64,000 nt of DNA from a virus (lineage: Duplodnaviria > Caudoviricetes): the IMG/VR virus record IMGVR_UViG_3300032226_000829; one strand, 5' to 3'. The position numbers were made by a program, and so were the translations under genes. A model generated the notes under the pieces. It was given only the letters and a program-made list of their open reading frames with translations. It did no database searches and was not told where the DNA came from. Position 1 is the first letter of the stretch. Every line of letters starts with the position of its first letter. Below, in pieces: positions 58,624 to 64,000 of this stretch.

Positions 58624-59079
58624 ATGGAAACAGCCAATAAAAATTATTTTACCATGATCCAGATGCGTGCAGCTCTGCTGAATATACATCAGCAATTGAC
58701 TGAACAACAATGGCAACCTCAGGTAATATTAGGATTAAACAGAGGAGGATGTATTCCTGCTATCTATTTGTCACACAAATTGGATGTTCCTCATCATGTG
58801 TTAAATGTAAGTTTACGAGATCATGCTGATACTCCTGATTTACACACATTGGAAAAAGTATATGCTTGGCAAAAAAGAGTATTGATAGTGGATGATATCA
58901 ATGATACAGGTGCCACATTTAATTATATTATGAATAACTTTGGCAAACCAGAAAGATTAAAGTTTGCTGTGATATTGCACAACACAGTGAGCACCTACAA
59001 AGATATAGATTACAAAGGTTATGAAATCAACAAACTGGAAGATCCACGTTGGATAGTGTTTCCTTGGGAGCAATGGTAG
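58624..59079 (+). CDS. Type I purine phosphoribosyltransferase (Gpt-like)
   Basis: LGLNRGGCIPA, VLIVDDINDTGAT, WIVFPWE. Confidence 0.9.
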   Translation: METANKNYFTMIQMRAALLNIHQQLTEQQWQPQVILGLNRGGCIPAIYLSHKLDVPHHVLNVSLRDHADTPDLHTLEKVYAWQKRVLIVDDINDTGATFNYIMNNFGKPERLKFAVILHNTVSTYKDIDYKGYEINKLEDPRWIVFPWEQW

Positions 59080-59080
59080 T

Positions 59081-59458
59081 ATGGAAAAAATTGACACTTT
59101 GAATCAAGCTCAAAAAGAAGGCAGAGCTCCTTGGACCAAAGTGATATATGATTTGAAAGATTGTGTGTGGTATGAGGATGGATATCCTGTGACTGAAGGA
59201 CATGCATTGCTGGTACCCAAACAAGCCAGTCAAAATATGATTGTGAAATGTTTTGAATTAGCATTAAAAATTGGCAATGAAAATATTGCCAAAGGTTTGA
59301 TTGACGGCTACAACATAGGTATCAACATGGGCGAGGCAGCAGGTCAAACTGTTCCTTATCCGCATGTTCATTTGATTCCAAGACGCAAGGGTGACATGGA
59401 AGATCCTAGGGGTGGGGTACGGCATGTGATCCCTCACAAAGGAAATTATAAAAAATGA
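59081..59458 (+). CDS. HIT-family nucleotide hydrolase
   Basis: PVTEGHALLVPK, GEAAGQTVPYPHVHLIPR. Confidence 0.9.
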   Translation: MEKIDTLNQAQKEGRAPWTKVIYDLKDCVWYEDGYPVTEGHALLVPKQASQNMIVKCFELALKIGNENIAKGLIDGYNIGINMGEAAGQTVPYPHVHLIPRRKGDMEDPRGGVRHVIPHKGNYKK

Positions 59459-60282
59459 GCAGAGCACTTTTCATAGGAGACAGTCACACTTGTGGATATG
59501 TCACTGTGCCTAACAAAACAGGTCCAGGCAGTTATACCTATTGGAATGATAACAACTATGCTGAAATTTACAACACAGTGAACGATAAACCCGTGAGTAT
59601 CTATGCACATGCTGGAACTGTCAATAGAATGTACACTGATTGGATGAAACACATGTTTAACACATTTCCAGACACCGATGAAGTTTTTCTTTGTTTGGCT
59701 CCATTGAATAGATTTGTGTTGGCTTTTGATGAGAAACTCACAGATGAAGCACTGCCTTTGGATTATTTTGTGCATGAATGTGTGGAAAGCACACCCACAG
59801 TAAAAAAGTATATGGATTTATTGGTCAAAGAAGGCAGAGTGCAATTATACAACAAACCCACAGCAGAAGATTATGAAAAATTTCCAGGTTTAAAAATTTC
59901 TGAAACAGATGGATTGCAACAACCGGACATAAGAAAAAACACATTTATGGAGATAAAATTATTTTTTGAATTGAACACACATTTGGAAAGACGTGATTTT
60001 TTATTGAATGTGTTTGCTTGGGATAGAATTTGTGCTGAAAACAATGCCAAACTTTATGTGTTTAATTTTATGAATAGATTGAAATGGCCCAAGAGTTTGG
60101 AATATTACGGTGCATTAAAAAATACCACAGTAGCAAAAAAAACTGTTGAGCAATATATGTTGGACAATGGCATTGATCCTCAAAAATATTTGCTGCATGA
60201 CAAAGAACATTACAATACAGAATATCACAAAACGATTGTGGAAAGATACATACCATGGCTAAAAAATCAAAAAAAATCCTAA
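59455..60282 (+). CDS. SGNH/GDSL-like hydrolase or acyltransferase
   Basis: FIGDSHTCG; C-terminal DKEHY (DxxH). Confidence 0.65.
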   Translation: MSRALFIGDSHTCGYVTVPNKTGPGSYTYWNDNNYAEIYNTVNDKPVSIYAHAGTVNRMYTDWMKHMFNTFPDTDEVFLCLAPLNRFVLAFDEKLTDEALPLDYFVHECVESTPTVKKYMDLLVKEGRVQLYNKPTAEDYEKFPGLKISETDGLQQPDIRKNTFMEIKLFFELNTHLERRDFLLNVFAWDRICAENNAKLYVFNFMNRLKWPKSLEYYGALKNTTVAKKTVEQYMLDNGIDPQKYLLHDKEHYNTEYHKTIVERYIPWLKNQKKS

Positions 60283-60872
60283 TCATTGGTGATAGTTTTG
60301 CTTGTGAGTGGCCCAATGGCCTTGCTGGATGGCCCGCTCAGTTGGCTCAACAACATGATGTGACCAATTTGGCTCAGGCAGGTGTGGGCGAATATAAAAT
60401 ATTAAGACAACTGCTAAACTTTACCAAAGAAAATCCTTGGTGGCAGCATGACTATGATTGTGTGATTGTGTGTCATACCAGTCCCAGCAGAGTACACACT
60501 CCCGTTCATCCCATACACAAAGAAGGACTGCACAAAGATTGTGATCTCATATGGAATGACATTGAATCTCGCAACAGTTGGTTCAATAAAAGTTTAGACA
60601 CTGCTAAAAATTGGTTCAAGTATCACTATGATGATCAATACCAAAAAGACATCTACAGATTGATACGCAGAGATATCAACAGAAAACTGGAGCAAATCAC
60701 CAGTTTACACATAGATAATTTTGGTATCAGTAACCATTTTGTTGAGGAACAGAATCTGTTGGACTTCAGTATGATCTGGCCTAACTACAGAGGAGAAATT
60801 AATCATTACAATGATGAAGGAAACCAAATTGTTTTGGCACAAATCATTGACAAACTGGAACAAATCTGTTAA
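60255..60872 (+). CDS. SGNH/GDSL-like protein
   Basis: IIGDSF, NLAQAG, NHYNDEGN. Confidence 0.65.
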   Translation: MAKKSKKILIIGDSFACEWPNGLAGWPAQLAQQHDVTNLAQAGVGEYKILRQLLNFTKENPWWQHDYDCVIVCHTSPSRVHTPVHPIHKEGLHKDCDLIWNDIESRNSWFNKSLDTAKNWFKYHYDDQYQKDIYRLIRRDINRKLEQITSLHIDNFGISNHFVEEQNLLDFSMIWPNYRGEINHYNDEGNQIVLAQIIDKLEQIC

Positions 60873-60895
60873 AATAGTACAATATAAGGAGTATA

Positions 60896-61582
60896 ATGAA
60901 AGTATCAGAAAAGATTAAACAAAGACTGATTGAGGCTGGTGTGAATTATCATGCTGATGATAATATTTCAGCCTATGTTGAAAAAGATGAACTGGTTCTA
61001 TTGGAAAAAGAATTAACAGAATCATTCAAATCTGTTTTAAACAGTCTTGTGATTGATACTGAAAATGATCCTAATAGTAAAAACACAGCACACAGACTGG
61101 CCAAGATGTATTTGAAAGAATTAATGAGTGGAAGATATGAATCCAGACCTGATGCCACAGCATTTCCCAATGTGGGAGAAAATGCCTACACAGGCATGTT
61201 GGTGGTGCGTAGTGAATTAAAATCAGTGTGCAGTCATCATCATCAACCAGTGAGCGGAGTAGCATACATTGGAATCATACCCAATGGCAAAGTGATAGGA
61301 TTGAGCAAATACACAAGAATAGCACAATGGTGTGCTAGAAGAGGCACACTGCAAGAAGCACTGTGCAATAACATTGCCAATGAGATTGAAATGGCCACTG
61401 GAGCCAAAGATCTAGGAGTGTACATACAAGCCACACATGGCTGTTGTGAAAACAGAGGCATAATGGCACACAGTTCATTGACTCAGACCACTGTGTTAAA
61501 AGGTGCTTTCAAAGATGATGCTGGCACTAAAAAAGAATTTATGGATAATATTAACCTGCAACAACAATTTGCACCAAGATAG
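60896..61582 (+). CDS. folE: GTP cyclohydrolase I
   Basis: TAHRLAKMY, SVCSHHH, GLSKYTR, LQE, HGCCENRG; promoter TTGACA-N17-TAAAAT at 60847. Confidence 0.95.
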   Translation: MKVSEKIKQRLIEAGVNYHADDNISAYVEKDELVLLEKELTESFKSVLNSLVIDTENDPNSKNTAHRLAKMYLKELMSGRYESRPDATAFPNVGENAYTGMLVVRSELKSVCSHHHQPVSGVAYIGIIPNGKVIGLSKYTRIAQWCARRGTLQEALCNNIANEIEMATGAKDLGVYIQATHGCCENRGIMAHSSLTQTTVLKGAFKDDAGTKKEFMDNINLQQQFAPR

Positions 61583-61591
61583 GAGACACAG

Positions 61592-61795
61592 ATGACCAAT
61601 AAAGAAGGACCATTTTACGCAGCATTCGGAGGTGATACCACAGGTATTATCAAACAAGAATTAATCACTTACAAAGTTAAAGATGGTGTGCTGTACAAAG
61701 AAACAGTGAAGAGAGATTATCACAGCCAAGGAGATTACATTGATTCATGTGAGTCAATTCCTTTGAAAGAAAACAAACATGAACATACAGCCTAA
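61592..61795 (+). CDS. Small hypothetical protein
   Basis: AGGAG RBS. Confidence 0.6.
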   Translation: MTNKEGPFYAAFGGDTTGIIKQELITYKVKDGVLYKETVKRDYHSQGDYIDSCESIPLKENKHEHTA

Positions 61796-61946
61796 AGACA
61801 CCAGTAAAGGTCATTTCTATGTGTCACTAATCAAGAGTGCATTTAGAATCATTGCAGGCATTAGTTTAATATTTGGTAACTTTATTACTGCTGGATTTTT
61901 ATTCATACTGGCAGAATTATTAGGAGTGGTAGAGGAATTAGTATAA
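61779..61946 (+). CDS. 55-aa membrane protein (not in ORF track)
   Basis: MNIQPKDTSKGHFYVSLIKSAFRIIAG...AELLGVVEELV; TAATG overlap with queE. Confidence 0.65.
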   Translation: MNIQPKDTSKGHFYVSLIKSAFRIIAGISLIFGNFITAGFLFILAELLGVVEELV

Positions 61947-62806
61947 TGAGCAAAATTAAAATAGCAGAATTATTTTACAGCATACAAGGAGAAGGCAGGT
62001 ACATGGGTGTGCCTTCAGTGTTCTTGAGAACATTTGGCTGCAACTTTACTTGTGCTGGCTTTGGTTTGCCTCGAGGCATGCGTAGTGATGAGAATGACAA
62101 AGTATTTGAACAGCACAAACAATTTCCTTTTAAAAGCTATGAAGAATTGCCATTGGTGAACACAGGCTGTGATTCGTATGCATCTTGGGATCCTCGATTC
62201 AAAGATTTATCTCCCATGCTGACATCAGATGCTATTGTGGAAAGAACAATGGAAATATTGCCACACAAACAATGGGTGGATGAACATTTTATATTCACAG
62301 GCGGTGAACCATTGCTGGGTTGGCAACGTGCTTATCCAGATGTATTGGAACATGCAAAGATGCAGGCTTTAAAAGAGATCACTTTTGAAACCAATGGCAC
62401 ACAAAAACTACACAAAGATTTTAAAGATTATTTGACTCAATGGAATCAGAAGAATGGTAGAACTAAAGAATCCATATCATTCTCTGTGAGTGCAAAATTA
62501 AGTGTGAGCGGAGAAAAACGTGAAGAAGCTATACTGCCTGAAGTGGTGGCAGAATATGGAGATGTAGGGCATGTGTATTTGAAATTTGTGGTGGCCACCA
62601 AGGAAGATGCTGATGAGGCATTCCAAGCAGTGGCTGATTATCGTAAAGCAGGATTCTCGGGATCAGTTTATTTGATGCCTGTGGGTGGAGTAGAAAGTGT
62701 CTATCATATGAACAATAGAACAGTGGCAGAACTGGCAATGAAGATGGGATATAGATACAGTGATAGATTACAAGTGCCATTGTTTAAAAACGCATGGGGT
62801 ACATAA
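61946..62806 (+). CDS. queE: 7-carboxy-7-deazaguanine synthase (radical SAM)
   Basis: ELFYSIQGEG..MGVPSVFLRTFGCNFTC...CDS, FTGGEP, ETNGT, SVSAK, RLQ. Confidence 0.9.
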   Translation: MSKIKIAELFYSIQGEGRYMGVPSVFLRTFGCNFTCAGFGLPRGMRSDENDKVFEQHKQFPFKSYEELPLVNTGCDSYASWDPRFKDLSPMLTSDAIVERTMEILPHKQWVDEHFIFTGGEPLLGWQRAYPDVLEHAKMQALKEITFETNGTQKLHKDFKDYLTQWNQKNGRTKESISFSVSAKLSVSGEKREEAILPEVVAEYGDVGHVYLKFVVATKEDADEAFQAVADYRKAGFSGSVYLMPVGGVESVYHMNNRTVAELAMKMGYRYSDRLQVPLFKNAWGT

Positions 62807-63195
62807 TGGAGAAAAAAGATATGGGAATATTTGATAAAGTTAAAAAAATATTTAAAAAAGAAGACACAACAGAAAACAAAAGCGAATCACATCAAGCATT
62901 GTTGCGTGAAAAAGAAGCAGCAACCAAAGAAGGCAAGCCTTGGGTGGCAGTGTTGGAGACTCACGTGAACAAAGAAAACATCAGAAATGGATTTTTTGAA
63001 CTGGATTGGAACAATGCTTTCATAGAGGATTTATTAGATGCAGGTTACAAAGGTGAAACCAATGAAGAAATAGTGGAAGGTTGGTTTAAAGAAGTCACTA
63101 GAAACGTGCTGAAGGATCAAGGACAGGACGCCACACGTGATGCTGGATACATCAATGTGAACAAATTAGGAAAAGATAGATCGGAAATCAGTTAA
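62806..63195 (+). CDS. Hypothetical phage protein
   Basis: PWV.V.......GFFELDWN. Confidence 0.65.
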   Translation: MEKKDMGIFDKVKKIFKKEDTTENKSESHQALLREKEAATKEGKPWVAVLETHVNKENIRNGFFELDWNNAFIEDLLDAGYKGETNEEIVEGWFKEVTRNVLKDQGQDATRDAGYINVNKLGKDRSEIS

Positions 63196-64000
63196 TGACC
63201 TACTTGCTTGTGGATTTAGCCAATGTATTTTTTAGATCACGTCACGTAACTGACGGAAGTCTTAATGATAAGATTGGTATGGCTCTACATATTACTCTTA
63301 ACGGTGTAAGAAAAGTATGGAAAGATTTCAAAGGAGACCATGTGGTATTCTGTTTGGAAGGACGCAGTTGGCGCAAAGATTATTATCTTCCATACAAACG
63401 CAATAGATCTGATGCTCGTGCAGCACTCACAGCCAAAGAAAAAGAAGAAGAAACAATATTTTGGGAAACTTTTGATAATTTTAAAGAATTTATACAAACT
63501 AAGACCAATTGCACAGTGTTGCAAAATCCAAGATTAGAAGCAGATGATTTAATCTCTGCTTGGATACAAGCTCATCCCAAAGACCAGCACGTGATCATCA
63601 GCACAGACAGTGATTTTGCACAATTGATTGCTCCCAATGTGAAACAATACAATGGTATTTCAGAAGTGACCATCACTGATAAAGGTTATTTTGATCAAAA
63701 AGGTAATCCTGTAAAAGATAAAAAAACAGGTGAAAACAAAACAGCACCTGAACCAGAATGGCAATTGTTTGAAAAATGTGTGCGTGGAGACAGCACAGAC
63801 AATATATTTTCTGCTTTTCCAGGAGTAAGAACCAAAGGAACCAAGACCAAAGTAGGATTGCGTGAAGCATATGAAGATAGAAAAAATAAAGGGTTTAACT
63901 GGAACAACATGATGTTGCAACGTTGGATGGATCATGAAGGAGTAGAGCACAGAGTATTGGATGATTACAATAGAAATGTTATATTGTGCGATTTACGAGC
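63195..64000 (+). CDS. rnh: T4 RNase H-like 5'-3' exonuclease (3'-partial; not in ORF track)
   Basis: YLLVDLANVF, LEGRSWRK..Y..YKRNR, EADD, ISTDSD, GDSTDNI; frame open to the window end. Confidence 0.88.
   Translation, partial: MTYLLVDLANVFFRSRHVTDGSLNDKIGMALHITLNGVRKVWKDFKGDHVVFCLEGRSWRKDYYLPYKRNRSDARAALTAKEKEEETIFWETFDNFKEFIQTKTNCTVLQNPRLEADDLISAWIQAHPKDQHVIISTDSDFAQLIAPNVKQYNGISEVTITDKGYFDQKGNPVKDKKTGENKTAPEPEWQLFEKCVRGDSTDNIFSAFPGVRTKGTKTKVGLREAYEDRKNKGFNWNNMMLQRWMDHEGVEHRVLDDYNRNVILCDLR

Noticed and set aside
1-64000. tRNA, rRNA, integrase or transposase genes; host chromosome origin
   Set aside because: None recognised. Intergenic gaps are mostly too short, and the host-like genes are embedded among phage structural and replication genes with T4-type late promoters.
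1-64000. Apparent CpG scarcity and CA/TG excess as a modification signature
   Set aside because: Impression only; it cannot be separated from codon bias without computing dinucleotide odds ratios.

Overview
A 64 kb, AT-rich, gene-dense segment of a large lytic tailed dsDNA phage with T4-like replication and late-promoter logic. It is not bacterial chromosome. PcyX-type bilin reductase, bS21, ClpA/ClpP, Def and GuaC suggest an aquatic alphaproteobacterial host, possibly SAR11-like (inference). From left to right: (1) an auxiliary/host-takeover block (pcyX, two HEXXH proteins, rpsU, clpP, AAA ATPase, ATP-dependent DNA ligase, queD flanked by two glycosyltransferase-like genes, uvsE broken by one TAA, SOD, iscA); (2) a tail/baseplate block at 13.8-28.3 kb, including a 2185-aa fibre/wedge protein and an S8 protease; (3) a DnaE fragment, GroES, clamp loader, parvulin, PhoH, an endolysin plus two-component spanin, DnaJ, Def and ClpA; (4) an array of about 11 proteins sharing an N-terminal MK(I/L/Y)xE(I/V)xxE tag resembling the T4 capsid-targeting sequence; (5) GuaC, family-B DNA polymerase, exonuclease, epimerase and a probable clamp; (6) a 7-deazaguanine DNA-modification cluster (TGT/DpdA-like, DpdL-like, FolE, QueE) interleaved with two dehydrogenases, a GT-B glycosyltransferase, a PRTase, a HIT hydrolase and two SGNH proteins; (7) an RNase H/5' exonuclease running off the end. 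The three best candidates for new biology are a possibly glycosylated 7-deazaguanine hypermodification, a variant preQ1-I-like riboswitch pseudoknot in front of queD, and the capsid-tag array. No tRNA, rRNA, CRISPR or integrase was recognised. All calls are by-eye motif recognition; no database searches were run.
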